This document shows, one piece after another, positions 38,986 through 51,426 of a stretch of DNA of 64,000 bases. Source of the stretch: Azolla caroliniana (lineage: Eukaryota; Plantae; Polypodiophyta). The stretch is from the NCBI GenBank assembly GCA_043228905.1, contig JBHGNT010000013.1:2666001-2730000 (forward strand). Direction: 5' to 3'. A program made the position numbers and the translations under genes. Each line of letters starts with the position of its first letter. Position 1 is the stretch's first letter. The notes under the pieces are model-generated. The model saw nothing but the letters and a program-made list of their open reading frames with translations. It was not told where the DNA came from and ran no database searches.

Positions 38986-41181
38986 ATGGCGTCCTCAAGC
39001 AACCACGCAGGAGTGCTCGAAAGGATGATGCTAATCGTCGAGCAAATGATGAGATCTCGGGACAACGATGCGAGCGTGGAGAAGGTTGTCGATCGTGTCG
39101 TAGAGCTCGAGGGCCAATTCGATGGAAGGAACGTTACGAAGTTCCTTGATGCATATAGAAGGGAGATGAATCAAAGGGACGTGTCCAAGGCACGTCAAAT
39201 CGCAAGCTTCAAGAGAGTTGTCGCCAACAACATCCAAAGATGCGTCATCGAGCTTCAAGAAGGTAAGACAACATGGTCCGAGTTCGAGAAAATGATACTA
39301 GCGGAGTTCGTGACTGAAGACTCAACGAGGATGACTCGACATGCCCTGATGAAGTGGATAGAGAAGAAGAATAAGAAGATGAGCGTCTCGAGGGTGTACG
39401 ACGAATTCGACCAGATGTTTAGTCGTCTCCCCAATACGGACCAAGTGTTGCTTGAAGAGGACAAGACTTTGTACTTCTTGAAGGCCGTGGACATAAAGGA
39501 TAGACGGGAGTTGGGGACTCTTCTCGAAGATGATACCCAAGCAAATGGGCTCGTAGCGGACTGGATCGCGGTGAAGCGGGCATGCAATAGGCTCGACAAG
39601 CGTCGCCAATGGGTTGATGACACTGACTTGACGGGACCGACTACCACGGAGAAAGCAAGACCGCCGAAAGTAGCTGAGCCACTGAGGCAAAGTAACGTGG
39701 AAGAAAAGAAGATTGATGACGACAGCATTGAAGAGCTAGCGAAGAAGTTCGAGAAGGTCACGCTAGCCAACATGAATCGTCGGGGCCCTAAAGGAAAAGA
39801 ACCCTTTAGATACGTGTGGTGCGATAGCATGGACCACATGAGAAGGGATTGTGCGAGCCTTCGAGAGGCGATTCGACAAAATATCGTATACATAGAGGAC
39901 AACATGATCTGCTCAAGCGAGACTAGAAGACCCCTACGGGTGAATTTCGGAAGAGGAGGAATGAAGAAATCTATGGAGGATGTCGATGCGACTCATGTGG
40001 ATGCGATGCACTATGCTGCATCGGCCGGAATAAGAGTCGGGAAAGACAAGACTGAAGCTGCTAGAGCGGGAGCAAAGTTTTGGACTTCCGTTCTCGAATA
40101 TGAGAAGAAGGGAAAAGTCACATCGAACGAGGTAGAGCTTGCGGACCGAAACGTGCAAAGCATAACCGGGTGGTCGGATCCGGTGGACGACAACACCATA
40201 CTCGCAGAGGTGATGTGCGACAACCACGAGGTGTTCATCGAAGAAAAGAGAAAGAGAATAGAAGAGCAAGGCCCATCAAAAAGATATGAAACAAGGAACG
40301 CGAAAAAGAAGGACGATACGGAGACGAGTCGACCTTTACAAACGGAGGAACGAGAATCAAGCCGAAAAGGGGAGCCAAGCATACGAGTTGAAGAAATGGC
40401 TCGGCCCGTGAAGGTTGGTGTCGAAGACCCCACTCGGAGGACAAGGACTATACCTACCTATAAGCTAAGGTCGGACATAGAGCAGACGACGGACCTAAAG
40501 AAGATTCTCGAAGAACGAGTTCTTGATAGCCACGTAACTTTGTCCTTGAGGGAATTGCTTGGCATTACGAAGGAGTTCCACGACACGATCGTGGACCTTG
40601 TAAAGAGAAAGAGACAACAATCGGACGAGGAAGAAGAGAAGCCGCAAAAAGCAAAAACGAATGCTATAACGATGGCAAGAGACGAAATCGATGAAGATAT
40701 GGTGGACAGCCACTACACTCGACCTCATTGGGCACGAGCGACAACGGAGACGCCGGTGAAGATCGGGGAGAAGAAAGAGACCGTCGTAGCCTTGATCGAC
40801 CACGGCTCGGAGATCAACCTCATGTCAACCGACTTCTACAAAAAGGGAAGATGGCCAATCAATACAAACCACGGATGGAAGATTCGCGCGGCAACAAAGT
40901 CTACGGAGGACTTGTACGGAGCTTGTCCCAATGTCAAAGTCACGATCGGGGATGTGGAGATGGATCAACACTTCTTCGTACAAGAATCGGCGTCGCATCC
41001 TGTCATCCTAGGGCAACCTTATATCACATCATCTCGGATGGAGACCAGAGTGTTCGATAATGGAGCAGCCTTCGCACGAATAAAGAGTATTGACAACCAA
41101 AGATCGGTCCAATTCCTAACGGTGCGAGCCAATCATGAAAGGAATCGAGATAGTCTCGGAGACGAATCCTCGGATTTTTAG
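38986..41181 (+). CDS. Gag-protease polyprotein (open frame)
   Basis: Uninterrupted 731-codon ORF with FDGRNVTKFL, a degenerate knuckle xVWCDSMDHMRRDC and protease ALIDHGSEINLM. Confidence 0.88.
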   Translation: MASSSNHAGVLERMMLIVEQMMRSRDNDASVEKVVDRVVELEGQFDGRNVTKFLDAYRREMNQRDVSKARQIASFKRVVANNIQRCVIELQEGKTTWSEFEKMILAEFVTEDSTRMTRHALMKWIEKKNKKMSVSRVYDEFDQMFSRLPNTDQVLLEEDKTLYFLKAVDIKDRRELGTLLEDDTQANGLVADWIAVKRACNRLDKRRQWVDDTDLTGPTTTEKARPPKVAEPLRQSNVEEKKIDDDSIEELAKKFEKVTLANMNRRGPKGKEPFRYVWCDSMDHMRRDCASLREAIRQNIVYIEDNMICSSETRRPLRVNFGRGGMKKSMEDVDATHVDAMHYAASAGIRVGKDKTEAARAGAKFWTSVLEYEKKGKVTSNEVELADRNVQSITGWSDPVDDNTILAEVMCDNHEVFIEEKRKRIEEQGPSKRYETRNAKKKDDTETSRPLQTEERESSRKGEPSIRVEEMARPVKVGVEDPTRRTRTIPTYKLRSDIEQTTDLKKILEERVLDSHVTLSLRELLGITKEFHDTIVDLVKRKRQQSDEEEEKPQKAKTNAITMARDEIDEDMVDSHYTRPHWARATTETPVKIGEKKETVVALIDHGSEINLMSTDFYKKGRWPINTNHGWKIRAATKSTEDLYGACPNVKVTIGDVEMDQHFFVQESASHPVILGQPYITSSRMETRVFDNGAAFARIKSIDNQRSVQFLTVRANHERNRDSLGDESSDF

Positions 41182-44100
41182 AGCGGACTATTGAAGCATG
41201 GGGCACAAATAGTCCGAGCAATCACAAGACCCCACAAGAAAGAAGAGTGTGTGGATTGCAAGGAGAAGCAACATGTGTCACACCTAGTGGCGCATGTAAA
41301 CTAGTACTACCCGACAAGAAGCACAAGCACCGGATACAAGAATTCGAGAAGATGCTGAAAGAAGAGAACATAATAGAAGAAGGGGAGTTCGTGACTCATA
41401 TTATGGAAGAAGCCTCATTTAACGACACCATCGGCGAAATCGAGGACGTCGTGGACTTGAGCTATCTTCACAACCAATGCGTGATTTCGGTTAACTCCGT
41501 CAACATGTACGCTATCATCGATGAATACCGTCGTGGCATCTCGATGAAGGAAGCTGACATCAACACGAAATATAAAACGGTGGATAAGAAGATCAAGCCA
41601 GTTGCGGTTCCGCTACTGGAAGATAGCTGGCAAAAGATGAAGGAAGTCGCTAATGATCCAAGCTTCAGAGATCCGAAGAAGATAGGTCATGTCTTCACCA
41701 AAGAGACGAAGGGGAAGCTACGAGTTGGAAAGGAGAATTTCCTTCTCCCTGAAGAGGACCAAATGTTTCGCGATATGCTTGAGAGACATGGGAAGGCTTT
41801 CGCATTCTTCCCACGAGAAATCGGATGCGCCGACCCAAAGGTTATAGAGCCGATGGTGATCTTCACGGTGCCTCATGTGCCTTGGAACTTGAAACCGATA
41901 CCGGTTCCGAGAGCACACCTTCCGAAGCTGATCGAGCTCTTAAAGGAGAAGGTGAGTATGGGAATTCTAGAACCGTCGAATGTGTTGCGAGACAGGTCCC
42001 TCCGGATGGGAAGGGAGAAGAACGGTACGAGGAGCACCCGGCTACGGAGAGCCGGATGCCGGATGAGGAGTACCTGGCTACGGAGAGCCGGATGATACAG
42101 GCCCGGTATGAACCGGATGAAGAGACATATTCGTAAATATGTTTCTGAGAGCCCATTGTGGCTATATTTGTAAATAGCCGAAAAGTCATATTAGTATAAA
42201 TATGACTTAGGGCAAAACTAATTGTGTTGTTGTTACTTTTCTTGTTGGTGCAAGAAGAAGAGAGAGCACGTAATAGTGTACAGAGTGAGAGAGAGAGAAA
42301 GAGGTCGTTGCCTCTGTTGTAACCGCCGCCTGTGGCGAAGATCGTGAGCACGAGGTCGTTGCCTTTGTGAACTCACTGTTTTTGTACATTTCAACTTAGT
42401 GATAGTTTGCAGCCTGTGGGCTGCTGTGGTTTTTCCCTCTTTGGGTTTTCCACGTAAACATTTTGTGTACCCTTTTTTCTCTCCTTTGTGTCGCGTGTTT
42501 TCGTTTTCCTGTTTCCTGTGTATTAAAGAGGCTCGGTTGTGGCCGAGTGTTGGGTATAAGGAGCGTTGAGTTCCCGACAATGCTCCTTATTCCAATAGGT
42601 GGTTCACGGTGCCGAAGAAGAATGGATCATTGCGATTCATCCAAGATCTTCAACCCGTCAACAAGGTGACAATTCGAAATGCCGGAATCGGTCCGAGCGT
42701 GGACGAATTTGCCGAAGCGTTTGCGGGCCAGTCCATCTACTCCATTGGTGAATGCCATGAATGCCATGAATAAAGTCTTGAAGGATTGCTTTCCGGACAT
42801 CACGATGTCATTCTTGGATGATATTCCGATAAAAGGATGTTCGGATGAGGAGAAAGATGAATCGAAAGATAAGGAAGGTTGTAGAAAGTTCGTTGCGGAT
42901 CATATGAAAGATTGCAAGAAGGTGCTTCAAAGGCTCGAAGATGCGAATTTGACATTTTCGGGAGAAAAATCCGCATTCGGGCAACCGGAGATCTTGGTGG
43001 TAGGTCACTTGTGTGGAGCATACGGCCGGAAGCCCTCGCCATCCAAAGTGAACGCAATCCAAGACATGAAAGAAGAATGTGAAAACCAAACGGAGGTTCG
43101 AAGGTTCCTTGGAGCGTGCGCGTTTTATCATATATGGATTCCTCACTACGCTCATGTCGTCGAACCATTATATGGACTACTAAAGAAAAGAATAAAGTTC
43201 GAATGGCGAGACGAGCACACAGAGGCGATGCGAAGATTAAAGAAACTGCTTCTTGAAGCTCCGGCACTAAGGAAGGCCGACTATGCCGAAGGGAAACCAA
43301 TTTACGTGACCGTAGATACGAGCCCAACCGGAATCGGGTGGGTCATCAATCAAGAAGGTGAAGATAATGCGCGATATGCCGTCCAGTTCGGAGCAAAGGT
43401 TCTCAGCGAACGGCAACAAAGATATGCCCAAGTCAAGCGGGAACTTTGGGGTATTGTGTCGGCAGTGAAGACGGACAAAGATTACCTGATCGGGTCAGAA
43501 GTGATAATAGAGACAGATTGTCTTCCAATTCTCGGAATGGTCTCGGGATGTGCGACCCCAGATCTTGCTATGCTAAGGTGGATCGCCTACATCAAGTCTT
43601 TAAACCCAGAGATCCGTCACATCGCAGGGAAGAAGAACGCCATGGCTGACATGCTGTCGAGGGCAAGATTTTCAAATGGAAGTAACATGGTTTCGGAAGA
43701 TGAAGATGTCTCCCTCAACTTCTTCAAGATGGCTCGATTGTCGGCGGAAGACCAGGACACGCAAACCCTCCACGCCTTCAACGAGAACGAGTACGAAGGA
43801 GAATGGTTACTCATCGGTAGATTCCTAAGAACATTGACGACAAATGCTTCGTTGACAAAGGAGGAGACCCTACGAATCTGAAAGAAAGCTTATCGATACT
43901 TCTTGAAGGGAGGATTCCTTTGGAGACATCCAAAAAGAAGGACAGGAATACCACGTCGAGTGGTGGTAAAGAAAGAAGAGCAAGAGACGCTGATGACCGA
44001 ATTCCACGAGAGTGCTTGGGCAGGTCATAGAGGAACATGGGCGACGTTCGAAAAATTGAAGGAGAAGTACTGGTGGCCAAGCATGTACAAAGATGTACTC

Positions 44101-45141
44101 CATTTCGTGTCCACATGTGAAACTTGCCAAATATATTCAAATATACGTCATCGTGATGAGTTAAAGCCGACATACCCACTCACCATTCACTTCAAATGGA
44201 TGGTGGATCTGGTCTCGATGCCAATGGGAGTGGGACAAATGAAGTACTTAGCGCTCGCAAGGGAAGACTTGACAAATCAAGTGGAAGGACGAGCCTTGAC
44301 AAATAAGACGACTTCAGCCGTTTGTAAATTTTTACTTGAAGATGTTGTTTGCCGATATGGATGTGTAGGGAAGATAGTGGCCAACCGAGGGGAGTTGGAC
44401 GCGCACGAAGCGACGGAGCTCTTCGAAAGACTAGGCGTGAAGCTCTCCCTCACGACTGCCTACAATCCGGAAGCAAATGGGAAGATCGAGCGAGGGCATG
44501 GACCTATCGTTAAAGCCATCGTACGGGCATGCAACGGTCGAGTCGGGAATTGGCCACGACTATTACCCTATGCCTTGTGGGCCGATAGAACGACACATAG
44601 CTCGGTGACAGGGTATATGCCGACGGAGCTTATGTATGGACAAAAGCCGATTATGCCCATCGAAAGGACGATCGCCTCATGGGTAGCGATACCGTGGGAG
44701 AACGAGATGAGCCGAGAAGAGTTATTAGCGGCGCGGATAAGGCAACTTGAAAGAAGACCTGAAGATTTAGAAAAAGCGCGAAAGATGATGAAGGCAGCCC
44801 GAGTAAAGAACAAAGTTCGGTTCGACAACACGCATCGACTTCGTCCCAAGAAGATTGAAGAAGGGGATTGGGTTTTGGTTTACGACAGCACCCTTGACAA
44901 TCAACATAGTACAACAAGGAAGTTCGCAAGAAGATGGTTCGGGCCGTATGTGGTGACAAGTGCCAACGATAATGCCACATACCACCTTGCGGAACTAGAC
45001 GGATCAAGGTTGGCCGTACCCATTGTGGGAAAAAGAGTAAAGCTTTTCAAGAAAAGACAAGACAAGGATCCTGACCTCGATTACCTCGACGATGAACATA
45101 ATAGGCCGGATGAAAATGAAGACATGGAGGAATCTAATTGA
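41172..45141 (+). pseudogene. Pol (RT, RH, INT) in the -1 frame; broken by a solo LTR, an RT deletion near 42745 and a stop
   Basis: FLDD, VDTS, ETDC, GHRG..CETC, NPEANGKIERGH and WFGPY motifs. Confidence 0.9.
41983..42579 (+). mobile_element. Copia solo LTR (Copia A-related) inside the Phygy-like RT
   Basis: TG..CA ends and similarity to 2215-2780. The host frame EPSN|APYSNRW rejoins. Only an ATG duplication is visible at the flanks. Confidence 0.85.
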
Positions 45142-45771
45142 TCATCGTAGCCGAAATCTCACTTCTTCTCTTCTTGGCACGTACCGGAGGACGTGCGGTT
45201 TGGTGGGGGTGGATGTCGTGAAGATTTTCGGCAATAGTGTGAAAATCCCATAAAACGTACGAAATCGAGTATAAATCACGTAATACAATAATTGTGAAGA
45301 TAACATTTTTAATATCTAAGTACAAAATGATGGAGGTTTCGAATGCACTTTATTACACGAGAAATGGACAACTAAATGTCAAGATATGAGGGTATAAAGT
45401 TTGTGAAAAGAAAAGAGAAAATTGTGAGATATCCCACATAGGCACGACAAATACGGCTCTCACCATATATAAGGTGGAGCAAAAGATATTATCTTTGTGT
45501 CTATGTGTGGAGCATAGAGAGTTCAAGGTAACTTCAACTAAGAGTGGAGGTGGCTAGCTACTCGTAAAGGGTTTTGGCCAACCAAAACCGGACCGGCGAT
45601 GGAGCCGATGATCCGACGGCATCCGACCGCGGCATCCGGGAACCGACGGCATCCGGCATTCGGTATCCGGCGAGGCGGCGGCACCGGTATCCGGCGAACC
45701 GGCGTCCGGCGACTAGATAAATAAATATATAAATATATATACATATTTACATATACAAGGAGGGCAAGTAT

Positions 45772-45825
45772 GGATTCGAACCTTGCACCTCCAAGTTAGG
45801 AGTCAATTGGCTTACCATTAAGCCA
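45772..45825 (-). promoter_or_regulatory. tRNA-like Pol III A-box/B-box cassette in the Phygy-like LTR (second copy at about 38463-38516)
   Basis: Minus strand reads TGGCTTAATGG, 32 nt, GGTTCGAATCC; D-stem GCTT/AAGC. Confidence 0.7.
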
Positions 45826-46262
45826 TGCTATTTAGTTAAAATTATATTTCTATCATTGTACTTTTACATGTAAATTCTCATACATGAGAGCTAAAATGAG
45901 TGACATGGTTAGCATGCACCACATGTAATACTTAAGCGCCAAATGGCAAACATGCAATTTATGCATGTCTTGTACCCTCACATGCATCATATGCATGAGA
46001 GCATCTATAAAAGAGGGAAGGGGGAGGAGAAAAAACACGGTTTTTTTTATGAAAATTAAGAGGAAGAAATTCGTTATGAAATCAATCGTGTAATCTCAAC
46101 TTCTCTCTTTCCCAATCTATCTTAAATACTTTCTCGCCAAAGCTTGTATCGACTCTAAATCCTTCTGATCCAGAACCCCGGCGGTTCCGCCTCACGATCC
46201 GCGCGTAGTGACGGATCTTCACGACAACGTAACCGCGAGACTCTCGGCGGCGATAGCCGAGG

Positions 46263-49200
46263 GGATTTTTAGAGAGGGCTATCGAGGCGTGGGGCCGCGA
46301 TAGTCCGGACACTCCGGTAGAACCCCACAAGTGTACCATAGGAAGGAAGTTTTGTGCTATAGGTAGGAAGTTTTGGGTCTCCGACGACAGAAGTTGTACG
46401 ATAGCCGGCATCGGTGGCTGGGAGAAGAAGAGGGCTGAGGAGCGTTTCAGAGAGTGTGGAGTCCTCAGCCCCGACAAAGAAATTAGCAGCACCATGGAGG
46501 CGGTCTCTTTCGACGACACCCTGGGGGAAATGGGAAAGGTGATCGAAGAAGGCCTCAATGAAGACCGGGTGATTCCGGTTAACTCGGTGGAGATGTACGA
46601 AGTCATTGCTGACTTCGGGGAAAGGGTCGAGTTGGATCGAACAGCCCGCATGGGTACGATGTACAAGACTGTGGACCAGAAGGTGAGGCTAGTCGTGGCA
46701 CCCTTGCCGGAGGGTAGCGAGGAACGAATGAAAGGGGTCGCGTGGGTCCAAGTTTGCGGAATCTGGCTGGCATAGGACACCAGTTCACCGACATAACGCT
46801 ACGGGAGCTCAAGGTCGGTGGGGGTGGCTTTGTACTGCCGGCGGAGGAGGAGCGGTTTCGGAGGATGCTCGGAAGGCACGGGAAAGTCTTCGCATTCTCA
46901 CCAGAGGAGATCGGGTGCGTGGACCCAACAATCATGGAACCGATGGTGATCTTCACAGTACCACATGTGCCATGGAATCTCAAGCTGATTCCGGTACCTA
47001 GAGCTCACATCCCGAAGTTGATGGAGTTGTTGAAGCAGAAGGTGGAGATGGGCATCCTCGAGCCATCGAGTGCCCCATATTCGAATCAGTGGTTTACCAT
47101 GCCAAAGAAGAACGACACGTTGCGCTTCATTCAGGACCTACAGCCAGTCAATAAAGTGACCATTTGGAACGCAAGAATTGGACCGACCATTGACGAGTTC
47201 GCAAAGGCCTTCGTCCAAAGGTCGATCTACCTGTACCCGGGGTACGATCAGTTCAAACTAGCCGTGGAGAGCAGGGATATTACAACGATGCGGACTCCTC
47301 TCGGCTTAGTGCGGATGTGTACCCTACCACAAGGAGGGACCAACTCGGTGGCGCACATGATGAATGCAATGAATAAGCTGTTGAGGGATTGCATCCCGGG
47401 CATCACCATGCCATTCTTGGATGACATCCTAATAAAGGGGTGCCTGGTGGAAGAGAAGGATGAATCGGTTGGGTCGGACGGATGTCGAAGATTCGTAGTG
47501 GACCACATCGGTGACTGCGAGAAGGTGCTTCAAATACTTGAGAACGTGCGGCTCACCTTCTCCGAAGACAAATCGGCTTTCGAGCAATCGGAGATCCTAG
47601 TGGTCGGGCACTTGTGCGGGCCTTACGGCCGGAAATCGTCTCCGGCAAAGGTAGAAGCCATCTCTACAATGAAGGAAGAATGCAAGTCGGTTATGGAGGT
47701 GTGGAGGTTCCTAGGCGCGTGCGCATTCTACCATATCTAGATTCCGCATTACGTGCACGTCGCGGAGCCGCACTACGGGTTGCTGAAGAAGGGGCGAGGA
47801 GCATGCGGAGTCAGTTCATAGACTGAAGGAGGCGCTAACCGCGGCACCGGCGCTCCGGAAAGCGGTTTACGGCAAGGGGATCCCGATTTATGTGACCGTA
47901 GACACAAGCCCGACCAGGATAGGATGGGTGGTCAACCAGGAGAACGAAACCGGCACGAGGTTCCCCATCCAGTTCGGAGCAAAGGTGCTGAGTGAATGGC
48001 AGTGAGGATACGCCCAACTTAAATGCGAACTCTGGGGTATCGTTTCGGCAATCAAGGCCGATAAAGACTACTTGATTGGGACGGAGGTGATAATCGAGGC
48101 GGACTGCCTACCGATCCTTGGTATGGTTTCCGGATGCGCGACGCCGGACCTGGCAATGCTCAGGTGAAAGACAACACCATGGCTAACATGCGTTCTAGAG
48201 CACGGTACGACGACGAGGACGGCATGGTTTCGGAGGACGAAGAAGTCGGCGTGGACTTCTTCGATGAGATCAGGGAGCACTCCCTCGCTTAACAAGTTCA
48301 GCGAGGGCGAGTACGACGGGGAGTGGCACCAGATCGGCAGGTTCCTGAAAACGATGACGCCAGACGCGGCATGGACAAGGGAAGAGGCCAACCGGATGCG
48401 GAAGAAGGTGTACCGATTCTTCCTGCAGGACGGGAGCATACCCGAAGAAGCGAGGCGGCATCCCACTCCGGGTAGTGGCGAAGAAGGAAGAGCAAGAGGC
48501 GTTGCTAACAACGTATCACGAGAGTCCTTGGGTCGGACATTGCGGGACGTGGGCCACGTTCGAAAGGCTGAAGGAGAAGTATTGGTGGCCGGGATTGTAC
48601 TGAGACGTTCATCAGTTCATGACGACTTGTGAGAGCTGCCAAATGCATTCCGTAGTCTGGCATCAGGACGAGCTGCACCCGACTTACCCACCGACCGTCC
48701 ACTTCAAGTGGATGGTGGACTTGGTGACGATGCCGATGGGGGTAGGGCAGATGCGGTACCTAGTGCTGCCAAGAGAGGATTTGACGAACCAAGTGGAGGG
48801 TCGGGCATTGCCGAACAAGAGGACTGCAATCATGCACCGGTTCCTAATTGAGGAAGTGGTGTGCCGGTACGAGTGCGTGGGAAAGATCGTGGCTGGCCGG
48901 GGGGATTTGGATGCGTAGGAAGACGATGAGTTGTTCAGTCAACTAGGGGTTAAGCTTTCCCTCACTACGGCGTACAATTCGGAGGGGAACGGGGAGGTAG
49001 AGCGGAGGCACGGGCTGACTGTGAAGGCGGTAGTACGGGCTTGTGAAGGACAAGTCGGGAATTGGTCGCGGCTCCTACCTTACGTATTGTGAGCGGACCG
49101 AACTACGCATAGTTCGAAAACCGAGTTCAGGCCGGCAGAGCTGATGTATGGGCAGAAGCCGATCATGCCGATAGAGCGAATGATCTCCTCGTGGTCGGCG

Positions 49201-49653
49201 GTGGACGGGAGCGACAAGATGAACCGGGAAGAGCTACTAGCGAAGCAGATTCGACAGCTCGAGCGAAGACCGAAGGATGTGGAGCTGGCAAAGGCGAAGC
49301 TGCATGCGGCAAGGGAAAGGAACAAAGGCCGGTTCGATCGAACGCACCGGCTACGACCAAAGAAGATCAAGGAAGGCAATTGGGTGTTGGTGTATGACAG
49401 CAGCCTCAACAACCAGCACAAGGCGGTGCGTAAGTTCGCGAGGAGGTGGTTCAGGCCCTACATCGTAACAAGCGCAAACGACAATGGCACCTACCATCTT
49501 GCGGAGCTCGACGGGACACGAATAGCGGTGCCGGTAGTCGGGAAGAGGATCAAGGCCTTCAAGAAGTGGCATGAAGGCCAACCGGACACGGTAAGCATGG
49601 GCGACGGCAACGACTGGACCGGAGTGGACGACGGTTCGAAGAGCGACGGGTGA
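46263..49653 (+). pseudogene. Outer Phygy-like pol (RT, RH, INT); degenerate and GC-rich
   Basis: LPQGGTNS, FLDD, HFKWMVDLV and WFRPY motifs; multiple stops and frameshifts. Confidence 0.9.
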
Positions 49654-51426
49654 CCGCAAGCCGGCTTTTTCCAGTATTTGTCCCTCTCCGGTGCATACCA
49701 GTGGATGCACAGATTGGTGGGGGTGGATGTCGTGAAGAAAACCGGCCTTAGGAGGAATCGATGAATAAGACGTGTGAACATGCCCTTACGCATGGCCACA
49801 AGTATTGATAAGATGTACATAATTAGGAATAGGTCGGCTGATGTAAATATACTAGGTAGTACACATTTATTAGCTAGGAAATCGATTTGTATCTCTGTCC
49901 GAAGGGACAAAGAATAAAGTTGATGTATACAGGATGTGACGGCCCTCCCCGGCGGCCTATAAAAGAAAAGGGGAGATGGTTCAAAGAGGTATCGCGTTTT
50001 GGCAAGGACGAGGTGTTGTCGGACTGGGAACCGAGCTCTCTACTCCTTTATCATTGTTCACTGTGGGATTTGGGTCGGTTGCCTTTGCTTCGAGGAAAGC
50101 CCGAGTGCTTCAAGTAGGGCTCCATCGTGTGTGTACGTGTGTGTCTGGTCGCCTGTGTTGGGTCTATTGCCAGCTTGCCGATTGTAATCTTGCAAACGTT
50201 GTAATCTTTCTTATTATTGGAATCGATTCTCCTGTTTTCCGTCCCTCTATGTTTCTGCGAGTCTCTTGTTACGCCGTCCGGTGAGCGCATCTTGACCGAT
50301 CGGTGTACACGTTCACGATTCAGTCAGCCGGTAAGCGTTGTCGGTTGTAATCAGGCCTAGCTGGCTCTACGCCTACGTACTTCTCCCTCCGTCTTCTTTC
50401 TCTTGCTCCTCAGTTCACGGCCCCCGCAGTCCCACCTTATTTTCCTACGCATGAGCGGAACAACACGACAGCATTCTAAGAGACTAGAGATTAAAGGTAG
50501 AGCATACCTATTCCTTATGGTAACTTTATTTAAGCCTCGATAGTCCACGGCCAAACGAAGGGAACCGTCCTTTTTCTTCACAAAAAAGATAGGAGCACCA
50601 GCAGGAGACTTTGAATGTCGAATAAACCCATGTGCAAGATTTTCCTCTGTGTATTCTCAAAGAACCTCAAGCTCAGTGGGTGATAAATTGTAAATCAGAC
50701 CCCACGGTGACTCTTTTCCTGGTTGGAGATCAATAGGACAGTCCTACGGCTGATGCTTTGGAAGAACACTAGCTTTGACTTTGTCGAAAACATCAGCATA
50801 GTCTTGATATTTTTTGGGAATTTGGATGGCTGAATTCCCTTGAGTGGCACTAGAAGGTGTCACTGATACTGCAAATAAGAAAAGGTCGTCCTTGCCTCCC
50901 ATTTGGTGCAATTGTTGTAATGTGATGGTTAAAATTTAATGAAAAGGAGATGGTGCATTGGTAGTTCTATATTCTTCAAGAGAATAATCTTGAGTTCGAT
51001 CCTTGGCAATGCTATTTTTTGCTGAAGGGCACCAAATTTCTCACTTCCTCCAATCGATTCTAGGATTATGTAGCTCGAATCATGGCAAACCCAGGACAAT
51101 TGGATGCTTAGGACTACGGATTATGTTAAAGGAAACGACACATCCTAAATCACCTAAGAGTATGTGTATTGGCTCAAACTCTTCGAATATCTTCCCGGAA
51201 GCTATGGGACGTCCATCAATCACTACTACAGAAACTAGACAAGGAAGTTTATGTAAGGATATTTAGTGTTTTTGGGCAAAATCTCTATCCATGAAACAAG
51301 AATTGGCTCCAATATCTAAGAGGGCTTGGACTTGAAGTTGACAACTCGGTGCCCTAACTTGTATTTGGGCTGAGAAGACTCTACTAACATGCTTGGAAGA
51401 AATGGAACCCACACTAGGTTGTACAC

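Larger units (their letters stand above)
37898..46226 (+). mobile_element. Ty3/Gypsy Phygy-like element (inner, younger)
   Basis: Near-identical LTRs 37898-38918 and 45214-46226. PBS TGGTGAACCCGACGTGA at 38927. PPT at 45201-45213. 4-bp TSD GCGT/ACGT. Confidence 0.95.
27951..50470 (+). mobile_element. Ty3/Gypsy Phygy-like element (outer), inserted in the RT of copy B
   Basis: LTRs 27951-28693 and 49728-50470. PBS TGGTGAACCTGACGTGA (tRNA-Trp type). PPT TGGTGGGGGTGGA. 4-bp TSD GCGT/GCAT. Gag from 28739 and pol 46263-49653. Confidence 0.92.

Noticed and set aside
39031-40803. Long antisense ORFs over gag and pol (also 35937-36617, 42800-43327 and 46082-46780)
   Set aside because: Shadow frames of the sense retroelement ORFs with no independent motifs.
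45772-45825. Functional tRNA gene
   Set aside because: Acceptor, anticodon and T stems do not pair properly. Reported only as a tRNA-like promoter cassette.
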